From Eledone cirrhosa (taxonomy: Eukaryota), in NCBI GenBank assembly GCA_964016885.1, contig OZ024740.1, forward strand, positions 192,510,001 through 192,574,000: DNA of 64,000 nt, in the 5' to 3' direction. Made by a program: the position numbers and the translations under genes. Positions within the stretch are counted from its first letter, which is position 1; every line of letters begins with the position of its first letter. Of this stretch, positions 1-12,941 are shown in pieces. The notes under the pieces were generated by a model. The model was not told the DNA's origin. It did no database searches and was given only the letters and a program-made list of their open reading frames with translations.

Positions 1-90
1 TGCATTTTCCCTCAAATAATGCCTTACCATCTTAAATCTAGAACGAAAGATTTGATCACTTAGTATTATATATATTATTTATGACTATAA

Positions 91-280
91 GGGCGGTGAA
101 TTAGCAGTATCGGTAGAGGGTTGGATTATGCTTTCCAGCATAGTTACGTCCCTTTACGTTCTGAGTTCAATTCCCGCCGAGGTTAACTTTGCCTTTCATC
201 CTTACGGGGTCGATAAAATAAAGTACCAGTAATGTACTGGTATAATTGTTGGCCTTGTGCCAAAAAGTAGAAACAATTAT
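91..280 (+). mobile_element. tRNA-derived SINE, family A (about 190 bp)
   Basis: B-box-like GAGTTCAATTCCC, conserved body GCCTTTCATCCTTACGGGGTCGATAAAATAAAGTACCAG, 3' end GTAGAAACAATTAT. Flanking direct repeat ATTATTTATGA(C/A)TATA. Seven copies in the window. Confidence 0.9.
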
Positions 281-1404
281 TTATGAATATATATCAATAT
301 GGTTATAAGATGCTCTTTAAATTAAGTATATGTCATTAAAATAAACAACAACAAATATAACAATAACACTTAATTGATTGTATACTCTTTTCATCTTTTC
401 CTGTGTCCAAACATACAGCCCAATTGAGATTTATCAGTTTATAGTTAACGAAACGCAGAATTCGTATGTCCAATGAAATCAACTGGTGCTACTTTGTCAT
501 AATCATAATCATTTGAAATGTAATAAACATACATTACTACCATGTGTTTCGAACTCATTTTGTGAAATAAATGATGTGTAAGAAAAACAAATTAATGTTG
601 AGGCTAGTCATTCGTACTCTAGAAAATAAAAACGTGTTCTTTCGATTTTCAGAAGTTTCATTTCTAAGGTAGTTGCCTTAATAATATCCTTTTTTTGCCT
701 CGATAATTTTGCAACATTTGTACTTCGAATATTCACACACAATACCAATTACATTCCACTATTTTTCTGTTTCCTAGAAAAACTTCAATCACTCGTTTCG
801 TAAAATAATTTCCTCTGTGGAGAAATTGCAAGATCTATATTTCTTTTTACAGAAAACTACAATATCAATTGTTATCACTTAACATTTCAATTTAAAACAT
901 GTTCGTAATTAAGAGATACATTCTGATTCGTGCCATAGTTGTTGACGAAGTAAAAATCAACCCACAGAATTAAGGCGGCATTGGTCGGCTAATGTGTTAG
1001 TGCGTTGTCGTTAGATTAGGGCTCTACTCTGAATGCATACAACAAAGCTGAGTTGACCAGCGCCACAAATGACTAGATTGTCGTGTTACACCGAAGAATA
1101 CAAATAATGTATCGCGTTATAAATGATAAATTTGTCTGATGCGCTGCCAATAATTTCTGTTTAAACATTTACATTACAGAAACTCATAATATTATTCATT
1201 CTCATGAAAAATATTTAAATGAATAATATTATGTGCTAGTAAGATATCTTTAACTACTGTTTTTATCGTTCAATTCCACGCCCGACCTGGTCGAGGAGAT
1301 ATATGATGAAAGTAATTGAAATTGTTATTATTCCATATTTGTATGTCTATTTATATATACGTTATACAATTTTGTTCTCCATTTACGACTAATGATTGTC
1401 TCGT

Positions 1405-1672
1405 AGCCGCCGGGTCATCTTGCCAGTCTTTATTCTGGTCTCTTTGGCGTTAATCAACTGTCAGTACACGACTCCCAACTGGACATGACACCAGACAATC
1501 GTAAAGGTATTCCTCTAGATACTGCTGGTATTCATGTTCAACTAATTATACTGGAGCAACATGAATGGAACTGTTTTGCTCAAGAACACAACACACAGAC
1601 CAGTTCCAGAATCGAACCCATGACGTTATGATCGTAGGCTCAACACCCTTAACGCACACGAAGCGCCTCACC
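1405..1672 (-). mobile_element. Degenerate tRNA-derived SINE, family B
   Basis: Minus strand has B-box GGGTTCGATTCTGG followed by the typical SINE body motif GTGTTGTGTTCTTGAGCAAAACA. Confidence 0.6.
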
Positions 1673-4131
1673 TTTAACGACAGCACGGTGGCATTTAACG
1701 GAGAATTGATCGATATTTCAAGCAGGGCGAATGACCGTGTATAATCACTATCCTTGTTTCGAGTTTGTTGTCATTCACCGGCATTGGTGATCGATGACGA
1801 ATGACGATTAAGTTCTATTTTAATTAATAATTAATTATGATATGACAGATGCAGAGTAAACAGCGGCACTCATGAGATTTTGCAGTGTCTAATTTATTTT
1901 GTGGTTATTTCCATTCGTATTTTTACCGAGGTAAATTTATTTTCATCTAGACTCACCGGCTATTTATCAGCAATGTATGATGCTAAGCTTGTTGACGAGG
2001 GGTTTCTTCGTTGACTGCTAATTACATCTTCGCTTTAGACCATATATTATCTATCAAACTTAGTTATCCTCAAGTGAATAAAATATATCCGGTATTGAGC
2101 TTAAGGTATATAGCCTACAGCAGGTATTTAAAACACCATCAGGCATATAACGTTAAATTTTACTTGAAATTTTCCTTTTCTTCTTTATGTAACAATTGTA
2201 CATTGACATGAGTCACAATTATCTATGGATTTTGTTTTCATCAAATGTCGTAAGCACAAAAGTTATTCTAATTGATTTTGCTAACTCATCCACAACGTGT
2301 ATTTGAACTTACATATAAAGCTACTGTGGATATTAAACCAATTATACAGTATATTCAAATTGTGCTGATAACTTTGCCCATGGATATTACAAGGTTTCTT
2401 TCGTTTCCTTAACATGTTCCTGATATCTTAATATTTGGCATTTTATATTTCTTGACGGAGACGCATACATATAAATTATAACAAAGAAGTTGACATATGT
2501 ATCATTTTACCTGGATGATGCATATCGGTATGCAATTCGCCCAATATATCTTAGTGAGATATGAAATTGGATTTAATTAATGATAACTAATTTTAAACAT
2601 TGAAAGTCTTGAAGAGCATGCATTAAGACTGAAGTTAAAAAGCCTGTTTGCGCGTTTTGTCAAGGCTCCTACAATGCCCAATACCCATAATTTTGTTGAT
2701 CAAAATCGATGATATAACAATTTGTAGTAAATAGAAGTATCTTAATTAATCTCCACATCGAGAGATTATATCTCTGATTTTATTGGAATATTTTACATTT
2801 AATTTGGGTTTTACTACACTTTGTATGACGCGAAACAATTTTCCTAAAATTATAACAAACATTATTGCACGAAAATAATATATAACTGCGCTTCACTTAA
2901 ATATGAATTGTTGCATTAGTTTAAACATAAAGGGGCGTGATATGTTATGATTTTGAAAACAATCTTAGGATGTATGTGTTTGTAAGTGTGAGATATTCAT
3001 TATACTGGCGCCCGATGTCCGTTAACTAATATCATTGTATTTACGTTTTAAAGGAAACTTCGTGAAATTAAACATGGAAAACGAACGCATTTGTGTGTCT
3101 ACAAGGGAGTTATATATCTCTTCAAACAGTGGATTTGCAACTACGTTCAAATGTTTCGTTAATAAAAAGAGATTCAAGACAAACTGATGAAGCAAAACAG
3201 TGAACTGCAGAAGAGTGTGTATGTGTGTGTAGGGGATGTTAGTGTGTGTGAGTCAGTGAGAGAGAGAGATAGGGGGGAAATAGAAGGAGAGGGAGGAAGA
3301 AGAAAGGATGATAGCTATGGTAAGCAGCCACCACCCTCCAGCTAAGCCAGCACCTGGCCGAGATTTATGATCCACAGAGAGAAGAAACTGGCAGCAAACG
3401 TTTTTAACAGAAAAAACAATACTTGCTATAAACAATAAGAAAACACCCGTAGCTCTAGACAATTAAAACGTGGCGTATGTTCAGTTACACAAGAATTATT
3501 TGTGGTTCTTTTAAAAACGTTTAAATTTCTTCTATAAATTGGAGCTGTGTTTTTAGTCCGATGACAATAATTATGAGATAACATTTTAGAGAAAAAGGTG
3601 TAAGCTAATGTAAGATGGATATTTTGGGTAATGGTCCTCTATAATGACTTCGGGTAGACTAATGCTTGGAGAGATTATTTTGCTAGAGGGAAATTGCATG
3701 AAGATATTTGCCCGGCTATCGAGATGCATGTGAATGCATTTTGATAGATCATGCAGCAGAAACCGCGGTCTGGGTTACTATTATAATTGCATATATCAAA
3801 TGCCTCCTATTTTGTTGGAGTGTCATTGTTTACCCAGTATGCCTCTTGATTCCACTCTGATCTGGACAATACTTTGTATTTTTTTCAGGGAGTGAATGGA
3901 AATTCAGCCGTAGTGAATTCGATGAATGTGTCTACAACATTGATTTCTTAAATACTCACATTATATACATATTATATATATGTAGAATGCAAATACATCA
4001 AAGACCATATGCTCTTGTTTGTAGGTACATTTTCATATACTTGAAATATAATTCGAGGGCTAGAAAGTGTTCTTACTACCCATTCCGTCGGCCCGAGATT
4101 GTCAGATGGTATAACATTATTTATACAAAGA

Positions 4132-4316
4132 GTGGATTGGCAGTATCGGTAGAAGGTCGGACGCCATGCTTTCCAGCATAGTTACGTCCCTTTACGATCT
4201 GAGTTCAAATCCAGCCGAGGTTTACTTTGCCTTTCATCCTTACGGGGTCGATAAAATAAAGTACTAGTAATGAACTGAATAATTGCTGGCCTTGTGCCTA
4301 AAGTAGAAACAATTAT
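4132..4316 (+). mobile_element. SINE family A
   Basis: Near-identical to 91-280; TSD ATTATTTA(T/A)ACAAAGA. Confidence 0.9.
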
Positions 4317-4413
4317 TTAAACAAAGAATTTCAAACAACATAATTTCTTTATGATACAATGCACCGGTGCTTTGCGCTGTTGTTTCTAGGCATGCAAACA
4401 GCCGGTCCCCCGT

Positions 4414-4600
4414 ATAATTGTTTCTACGTTTGGCACAACGCCAGAAATTACCCAGAGCATTACTGGTACTTTATTTTATCGACCCCGTAAGGATGAAAGG
4501 CAAAGTTAACCTCGGTGGGATTTGAACTCAGAATGGCAAGGGCCGTAACTCTATGCGTCAAAGCATAGCGTCCGACACTCTACCGATAGTGCCAATCCAC
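4414..4600 (-). mobile_element. SINE family A (variant subfamily)
   Basis: Reverse complement of family A; shares the GAATGGCAAGGGCCGTAACTCTATGCGTCAAAG variant with the 30431 copy. Confidence 0.88.
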
Positions 4601-4743
4601 AATGAAAGATAAATATATTTTAAATTGTTTGTTTAAATATTTTAAACATCTGACGCACACTTAGACGTCGACCCCAGCGAAAATATATCATAGATATGGA
4701 AATAAACCTACATAAATCTGCAGACGGCCTTCGATATATTTAA

Positions 4744-4900
4744 TCTACATTAATAAACCTGACGGCTGTATGTATGTAACAACCCTTTCGCCAAACTGCT
4801 GGACCAAACTGCACCAAATTTGCACTATCGATGTAACTTTTTCCAAGGAAGAAAGTGAAATATGTTTGTCTACTAAATTTTGTTTTAAAGATTAAAGATA
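4744..4900 (+). mobile_element. Possible 5' fragment of a non-autonomous Helitron
   Basis: Begins TCTACATTAATAAA, then (TGTA)n and CCAAACTGCACCAAATTTGCAC, resembling the 5' part of non-autonomous Helitrons; no 3' CTAG end seen. Confidence 0.3.
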
Positions 4901-5111
4901 TTTTATTGTTTATTTAAATATTCACTTCTTTAAAATTTTCAAATGTCAACAATTCCGGTTAACGATAGCCTATATGACATTTCTCTCTCTTTTTAGTATG
5001 TCTTTATAGATAGATAGATAGATAGCTATAACGTAGTGCCCTTATAATATGTCTCTGTATGTCTGGCTGTTTGCATTTTCAAAACCATCCTGTAGATTGA
5101 CTTCGCTATAT

Positions 5112-5370
<259 letters not shown>

Positions 5371-7345
5371 TCGGTCGTTAATTACCTCGACGTTACCCTC
5401 AATTTATCGAATGGGTTGTATTACCCGTATAGAAAGCTGAATGATACGCTTAATTACATAAGTAAGCATTCCAACCATCCTGCCAGCATAACGAAGAACC
5501 TGGTAAGAAACGTTTCGTTGAGGCTTTCCCGTCTATCTACATACGAGCATATTTTCAACGACCATTCCACTTATTACAATGAAGCTCTTGCTCGGAGTGG
5601 ATTTGTCGATAAGGCAGCATATACAGAGTACAAAAATAGACCTAGAAGAAATAGATCCCGTCGCATTTGTTGGTATAACCCACCTTACAATATGGAGGTG
5701 GCCACACCATTAGCTAAGATCTTTCTTTCCCTTATTACGAAGCATTTTCCCCCTACACATTAGTAACATTTTTAATAGAAATACTATTAAATTTTCTTAC
5801 TCTACGACTCCTAACCTTGCACAAAACATCACAGCTTCAAATTTAGCTAAACTACCTAGCCGTAGGAACCCGTGCAACATTGTAGTTAGTACTAACTGTA
5901 ATTTTAGGAATCGGGTTGAATGCCCCCTATCCGGAAAATGCCTCTCTAGTAACATTGTCTACAAATGTAAGGTTGAAACACACACGTCCCGTAGGGCCTA
6001 CATATGATTAACCGCCAATAGATTCAAGCAGCGTCTTTACAGGCATACCCATTCTTTTCGTTACCCTCTAAGAAGGAATATGACGTCACTTCCAGCTTAT
6101 ATTTGGAGTCTAAAAGACAACCACACCCAATATAAGTTACACTGGGAGATCCTAGCTATGGCTAGATCGTATAACGGAAATAAAAGACCATGTGACCTCT
6201 GCGCCGCTGAGGCCCTGGAAATACTCTACGCCACAGACCACATCTTAAACAAAAAATCTGAGGCAATTTCGGCTTGTAAACATAAATTGCACAAAACGTT
6301 GCTGTATTACAGCCCCACATTATACCCTAACGGATAGTACGATCTATACGTGGATATTTTACGTCTTAATGTGGGAGCTAAGTATATGTTTTGTTTATAC
6401 CATTACTTATTTGCATAGGTAAGTATATATTACATGTATGTTTTGTGAAGGTACGTATACTTTCTCGTAGGTATATTTGATTGTATATGTTATGGCGTAT
6501 ATTTTTTTATATATTCTGGTATATATGGTTTGGTTATGTGTATACGTGAGTTTTGCGTCTGGGTGAGTATGCAGGTTCGTACGTATGTAGAGTGTGTGAA
6601 TATGTGTACTTCATATTTTGGTTGACTTACGTCTCCGAACATTTGTGTATTTACATGTAGGTATGTGTACGCGCTTGTTATATACGTATTTATTTATTTA
6701 TATACGTTTATTTAATTATTTAGGTAATTTGTATACACAGACACACACACACACATATTTATAAGTGCGTGGTTTTGTATACCTATGGAAGTGTCTTGCG
6801 TATGCTTGTGTATGAACGTATTTGCATGCTTGTATGCATTTATTTAATATCTATTACCTCTGTATTGTATTTTATTTACTTTATTCTTAACTCTGAAGTG
6901 GAGATTCATTCGGTTTCCTAGTTAGAATTTTAGTCTACGACTTCAGCTATACCATTTACGTGGTTTTGTCTTTGCGTGCAATTGTTCTCCACGCTCTACA
7001 TATGACGTATTATATTCATTTTTTTCGTTCATTGCCAGAGAACGTCTCTATGAACCACCTAAGAGAACATTAGTCTACGACTTCTTTTATACCATAAACG
7101 TGGTTCCGTCTTTGCGCGTAATTGTTTTTCACCGCTCCTATTAATGACGTATTATATTCGTTTTTTACCGTTCTTTGCCAGCGAACGTTTCCACGAACCA
7201 ATGTATCGTCTTCCTCTCTTCCTCCGTTTGCAACGTTTTTTGAAATATCCACTTCTGCGTTTACAGATTGCCTTTGTTAGTTTCCGAAGATCCCGTTAAG
7301 GGTGAAAGCGGCGATTCTTTGCTTAAACTTTAATCTGTTATTTTA

Positions 7346-7350
<5 letters not shown>
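5371..7350 (+). mobile_element. 5'-truncated Penelope-like element (RT thumb, GIY-YIG endonuclease, 3' UTR/pLTR), decayed
   Basis: Motifs NYLDVTL..YYPYRK, SNHP, WYNPPY, FNRNTIKFSYS, CPLSGKCL, IVYKC..YI*LT, CDLC, LNKKSEAISACKHK; frameshifts and stops. Bounded by (TA)n on both sides with a hammerhead at the 3' end. Confidence 0.9.
7279..7329 (+). ncRNA. Type I hammerhead ribozyme (variant core CCGAAGA)
   Basis: AGTTT-CCGAAGA-TCCC/GGGT-GAAA-GC..GC-TT-AAACT; helix I AGTTT/AAACT. Confidence 0.6.
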
Positions 7351-7441
<91 letters not shown>

Positions 7442-7570
7442 AGGAGGTGAGTTTTATTGTAGTACAATAAAGCAATGCAGATATCGGATATGTAGCACTC
7501 TACAGATGGTAGGACTGGAGTATAAATAATAATGTATAAGATCAAAAGATGTTTAAAAGAGTTCCATGTA

Positions 7571-7637
7571 TTTTATTATGCGAATTTCAAAAACAAATAT
7601 CATCATGCAATAACATTTGCGTTTTCGTCAGATAAAA
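7571..7637 (-). ncRNA. Type I hammerhead ribozyme
   Basis: TTTTAT-CTGACGA-helix II-GAAA-TTCGCA-TA-ATAAAA. Confidence 0.7.
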
Positions 7638-7759
7638 TAGGGAGACATGATATGAAGGTTAAAACACACTTGTGAATAGTGCAGTTTTAAATCAACATAT
7701 GTTGATTTAAAACTGCACTATCCACAAGTGTGTTTTAACCTTCATATCATGTCTCCCCA

Positions 7760-7826
7760 TTTTATCTGAGGAAAACGCAAATGTTATTGCATGATGATAT
7801 TTGTTTTTTAAATGTGCATAATAAAA
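7760..7826 (+). ncRNA. Hammerhead ribozyme, degenerate partner copy
   Basis: TTTTAT-CTGAGGA...TAAA (GAAA mutated)-TGTGCA-TA-ATAAAA. Confidence 0.5.
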
Positions 7827-7856
7827 TACATGGAACTCTTTTAACCATCTTCTGAT

Positions 7857-7993
<137 letters not shown>

Positions 7994-8180
7994 TGGTAAA
8001 CGGAATAGAAAATTATGACAAATTGTTCACAGTTGAAAAATAGTTTAATTAGGAATAAAAGAGTATTAGTAAGTGTATTGGTTAGTATTCAGTTGTGGAT
8101 TTAAGTCTTTACCGGTTGCGCATTCCCAAATGGTTTTCAAAAATAATTTTGAGACAGAGCGTCCGTGTTGTTTGCTCTGA

Positions 8181-8221
<41 letters not shown>

Positions 8222-8226
8222 ATATA

Positions 8227-8337
<111 letters not shown>

Positions 8338-8381
8338 AAATAAAGATCCGAAGGCATGGTATACATTTCCAATCATTGTAA

Positions 8382-8455
8382 TCAGGACACATGTTTCAAT
8401 AAGAGTTAGATCGATCGTGTAGCCATGATCGATTATCACTGATCTCGTCAGGTGA
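8382..8455 (-). ncRNA. Type I hammerhead ribozyme
   Basis: TCAC-CTGACGA-long helix II-GAAAC-ATGT-GTC. Confidence 0.6.
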
Positions 8456-8513
8456 AAATGAATTGTCTTCAAATCCTTGATCTGAGAGAGAAAATGTTGA
8501 AGACAATTCAATT

Positions 8514-8587
8514 TCACCTGACGAGATCAGTGCTAATCGATCATGGCTACACGATCGATCTATCTCTTATTGAAACATGTGTCGTCA
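8514..8587 (+). ncRNA. Type I hammerhead ribozyme
   Basis: TCAC-CTGACGA-GATCAG...ATCGATC/GATCGAT...-GAAAC-ATGT-GTC-GT; GUC cleavage triplet. Confidence 0.6.
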
Positions 8588-8774
8588 TTAAAATGATTGG
8601 AAATTTATACCATGCCTTCGGATCTTTATTTTGATACAATACTCCGTTTTACATCATCTAGTTGTTCCCATAAATGGAGATGTACAAAAGCGTGGAGAAC
8701 TTTATATTGCTAACAAACATTTATTTGACCGTTTGACACAACCAATAATGCACTTTACTATATAACAACATAAC

Positions 8775-8852
<78 letters not shown>

Positions 8853-9096
8853 TTAGTATCATAAGAGACAGTTTAATTTGAACATTTTATTACATCATTC
8901 CTTTATACGTATTATTTACAGTTGTATAAAAAAAGAAATATTGTATCTATTTCGTTAACTACGCAGCGATTTGTTTACATTTAGTTCGATTCTAAGAAAG
9001 CTCAGACGGCTTATCGTCATTGTTACTGCCGATATGCCACCCCAAAAGTCCCGGCCTGGCCGCAAGATCTGATTTTCCAGAAAAAAAAAAATGTTA

Positions 9097-9215
9097 AAAC
9101 TCTGCAATGTCACACGACTTGTAGTGAAGCAGATGCCGCGTCATATCATTGAAGCCACAATCATGACTGGAGTTGGTAGGGGAGAAGATGCATTTATTAC
9201 TCGCATCTGACTGTT
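9097..9215 (+). mobile_element. Helitron RepHel (PIF1-like helicase) fragment
   Basis: Translates to KLCNVTRLVVKQMPRHIIEATIMTGVGRGEDAFITRI, matching the Helitron helicase motif LCNGTRL..K.L....IEA.I.TG...G..VFIPRI. Confidence 0.8.
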
Positions 9216-9367
9216 CCGCGCGAAGGAAAGCCTTCGACATTTATCTGTTATTTCTTCAGTTATGTTTTAAACTTACCTCCCTTTAAATGATTATTTATCT
9301 AGTTGATTTCTACGGATTAAGGAGGAAAAGAATTGGATAGATTTTGTCTGACTCTTCTTCAAACTTA

Positions 9368-9431
<64 letters not shown>

Positions 9432-9564
9432 GAGGTTATATTTAATTTGTTGGGATTCAACAAGCTTAAATTTGTTTATAACTTATATGAAGCACTCAAA
9501 AGTTTAGAGGAGTAAATATATAATATATTAATAAATGGAAACTATATTTATAAAACAATATTTA

Positions 9565-9626
9565 TTTTATCATATATAATTCAAGGGCAGCCAAGGCAAA
9601 TTATGGCGCGCTTTCATCAGATAAAA
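9565..9626 (-). ncRNA. Type I hammerhead ribozyme (partly mutated)
   Basis: TTTTAT-CTGATGA-AAGCGCGCCA...TGGCTGCCCTT-GAAT-TATATA-TG-ATAAAA. Confidence 0.55.
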
Positions 9627-9772
9627 TACAAATTTGTTTTATAAATAAATATTGACATAACCGGAAAAAGACAATCTTAACGGTTGGAGCTTCCTGGATA
9701 GGCTATCCAGGAAATGTTAAGGTTGTCTTTTCTTCCGGGTATGACAATATTTATTTATAAAACAAATATGTA

Positions 9773-9834
9773 TTCTATCTCATGAAAGCGCACCATAATT
9801 TGCCTTGGTTGCTCTTGAAATATATATAATAAAA
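9773..9834 (+). ncRNA. Type I hammerhead ribozyme (partly mutated)
   Basis: CTCATGA...GAAA-TATATA-TA-ATAAAA; the consensus of the two arms restores a canonical core. Confidence 0.55.
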
Positions 9835-9924
9835 TAAATATGGTTTTATAAATTAAGTTTCCATTTATTAATATATTATATATATATATATAATTTAGTC
9901 ACACAATTTACTGTGTTTATTTCT

Positions 9925-9956
<32 letters not shown>

Positions 9957-9958
9957 AC

Positions 9959-10008
<50 letters not shown>

Positions 10009-10263
10009 TTGTGTCTAAATTTACAAGGGTTGAAAATCCACGTTGGTTTGATAATTTAAACTATGAACAAACGGAAAATACAAGATAAATGTACTAACCG
10101 TTTCAATAAATATTAATCTCCCTGACTGATTAGAGATTTAATCCGTCTCACCCTGAACATTGTGTTTGTAACATATATTCCGTAGTCATTAGTATTTATT
10201 TACCTATCTCTTAGGTGTTTGTCACGTTTAATCTTGTCTCCAGCTGACGAAATGCCTACGGAT

Positions 10264-10306
<43 letters not shown>

Positions 10307-10470
10307 TTAAAGGTTAAACAAGGTTCAATGAATAAATCAAACAATGAGTTTTACAATAGATTGGAAGCACTCAATATTTTGGAAGCACTCAACAGAAATG
10401 GTTTTCCGGAGTTATACCATGACTGAATCTTAACCATCTACTATGTCAGGGTATGTCATGCATCATCCTA

Positions 10471-10532
10471 TTTTATCTGATGAGGACGTACTGTTGAAGT
10501 TAACTCAGTACCTCTGAATTTGTATAATAAAA
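10471..10532 (+). ncRNA. Type I hammerhead ribozyme
   Basis: TTTTAT-CTGATGA-GGACGTACTG...CAGTACCTCT-GAAT-TTGTA-TA-ATAAAA. Confidence 0.55.
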
Positions 10533-10589
10533 TATACTTGATCACAAGAACATCTATTTTGTTAATATTTTGAATTAATATTATATATT

Positions 10590-11475
10590 TATATTGATAT
10601 TTTATCTGAGTGTCCCAAATCTTCCATATCGCAATTTTTCGGTCGTATGGTTGATTTATTGATATTTTATCTGAGTGTCCCAAATCTTCCATATCGCAAT
10701 TTTTCGGTCGTATGGTTGATTGTAGACATATTCTATGTGTGACGGTATTTTAACGATAGTTATAGCTCTGATTTATCTGAATTATTGAGCCCTCTGCCGC
10801 TCATCTCGAATTTTGTTTATCGTGAACTCGTGCGCCGATTTTTCGATACTCGATTATTCTACTATATTTAGCTCTAGACCTAGCTATTGACCAGTTAATT
10901 TTATTGTTCATTTTTTGTCGATTCTATTAAATGATGAATAGCTCCTGTTTATTTTAACATGTCTATTGAGCACTCTTATTCGGTATGTGTTATTCCACAT
11001 TTTCCCGAATATTTTTTGCGGATATAGAGGTTATCTCCCTTGCTGAAATCCATGTGCGTATTTTCAACCTGGGTTTTGCCTTTTCATTCGTTCGGACTAA
11101 AGCTCGTTGAGGAAGTAAACTCCAGTCCGCTGGCGTCTAGAAGTCTTATATATTTTTATGTGAGCTGATAGAGGACAGTTTAAGGATTTACAGAAACCCA
11201 AGAAGCTAGATTTACCATCTTTCTAGCGGGTCCGGGTATGCTTTTTACATTCTTTTGATTTATTGATTTATTGATATTTTATCTGAGTGTCCCAAATCTT
11301 CCATATCGCAATTTTTCGGTCGTATGGTTGATTGTAGACATATTCTATGTGTGACGGTATTTTAACGATAGTTATAGCTCTAATTTATCTGAATTATTGA
11401 GCCCTCTGCCGCTCATCTCGAATTTTGTTTATCGTGAACTCGTGCGCCGATTTTTCGATACTCGATTATTCTACT
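10590..11475 (-). repeat. Partially tandem-duplicated segment, possibly a highly decayed Penelope-like fragment
   Basis: About 60 bp unit repeated at 10595/10660; about 210 bp block at 10655-10866 repeated at 11265-11475; weak RVLNRHVKINRSYS similarity to the PLE KIFNRNTIKISYS motif. Confidence 0.4.
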
Positions 11476-11495
11476 ATATATATATATATATATAT

Positions 11496-11589
11496 AGGAA
11501 CGAGTAGGACCCCGACGGCTGAGCTCAACCATTTCGACGGCTAATTCTGGAATTAAAAAAAATTATGGTTCCTTACCACATTTCCATCG

Positions 11590-11592
<3 letters not shown>
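11496..11592 (+). mobile_element. Internally deleted copy of the half-hammerhead hairpin element (family H)
   Basis: Starts AGGAACGAGTAGGACCCCGACGGCTGAGCTC and ends GGTTCCTTACCACATTTCCATCGT, as does 21715-21905; within (TA)n. Confidence 0.75.
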
Positions 11593-11650
<58 letters not shown>

Positions 11651-11920
11651 AATGGAAAAAATGAAATTTCATTTCTCACCCTTAGTACGGCTGATACTTA
11701 AATGTAAGTATGTATACGTACATAGATATATGTATACAGACGTACAGTAGTATGTGTATACATACATACATGCACACATATATATATATATATATGTACG
11801 TATGAGTTTACCGAACATTTATTATAATGCTCGGTTTGTTTGTAAACAAACAGTCAGAATTATTAGCCGTACAGCGTTCGGCAACCATCGTTGGCATTTT
11901 GTTCAACACAGACAAAGGAA

Positions 11921-11961
11921 CGATGAAATAGTTTCTAGCTTATTAGGTGTCATCAGCACCG
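11921..11961 (-). ncRNA. Minimal type I hammerhead (family R)
   Basis: CGGTG-CTGATGA-CACC.TAATAA.GCTA-GAAA-CTAT-TT-CATCG. Confidence 0.6.
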
Positions 11962-12159
11962 TATACCTTCCTGTCAGTTTCTTGAACGTTTGAAACTATA
12001 TACTTTTCTTATGCATGTTATTTTTTTTTTTTCCATTTATCATTTTCGGTACGCCCGGGCGACTAACTCACTCGATATGAAAATTAGGCACCCCAGCCGT
12101 TAATATGCATGAGGAAAGTATATACTTTCAAACGTTCAATCAACTGACAGAAAGGTATA

Positions 12160-12201
12160 TGGTGGTTTATGACAGCTAATAAGCTAGAAACTAGTTCATC
12201 G
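12160..12201 (+). ncRNA. Degenerate hammerhead (family R)
   Basis: Core mutated to TTTATGA; CAGC.TAATAA.GCTA-GAAA-CTAG-TT-CATCG retained. Confidence 0.45.
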
Positions 12202-12407
12202 TTCCTTTGTCAGTGTTGAACAAAATGGCGACGACGGTTACCGAACACTGTACGGCTAATAATTCGGGCTGTTTGTTTACAAACAAACCGAGCATTATAA
12301 TAAATGTTCGGTAAACCCATACGTGCATATATATGTGTGTGCATGTATGTATATATTTATACATACTACTGTACCTATGTATACATATATGTATGTACGT
12401 ATACATA

Positions 12408-12494
<87 letters not shown>

Positions 12495-12753
12495 TCACGC
12501 ACGCACACTCATTGTAACTGCGACACTTGCACTGTTATCGACCAAAATCCGGAAATGCGTTGCATTGCGTTTGAAACCGTTTGGCATATATTTATTTTAC
12601 ACGACATTAACAGACACACGCCTAGTTTTACTCCAAGATAAATGGTGTAAAGCAACGATTAGCTCCCAAGAAGGTTGTAACCATTGAAACTATTGTTAAC
12701 AAATTAATATAAGATATTAAGTATGATTGTGCATAAACCAAGTATTCTCACAA

Positions 12754-12941
12754 ATAATTGTTTCTACTTTAGGCACAAGGCCAGCAATTACCCAGTGTAT
12801 TACTGGTACTTTATTTTATCGACCCCGTAAGGATGAAAGGCAAAGTCAACCTCGGCGGGATTTGAACTCAGATCGTAAAGGGACGTAACTATGCTGGAAA
12901 GCATGGCGTCCAACCCTCTACCGATACTGCCAATCCACCGC
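12754..12941 (-). mobile_element. SINE family A
   Basis: Full-length reverse-complement copy; TSD CAAATAAT. Confidence 0.9.

Larger units (their letters stand above)
9516..9882. repeat. Fold-back (about 180 bp arms, centre about 9702) carrying hammerheads
   Basis: Hairpin centre TTCCTGGATA-GGC-TATCCAGGAA; arms are reverse complements; (TA)n flanks. Confidence 0.9.
11650..12410. mobile_element. Retrozyme-like repeat (family R), head-to-head inverted pair
   Basis: Homologous to the units at 13993-15830; left arm minus, right arm plus; (TA)n on both sides. Confidence 0.8.

Noticed and set aside
91-180. SINE heads as true tRNA genes
   Set aside because: No full cloverleaf; multiple copies with a shared body and TSDs
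3889-3950. EWKFSRS after an AG, resembling the TRP box EWKFAR
   Set aside because: Downstream residues do not match TRPC channels and no other TRP exons are recognisable; likely chance
10240-10265. CTGACGA hammerhead core
   Set aside because: Interrupted by (TA)n; no GAAA or helix III follows
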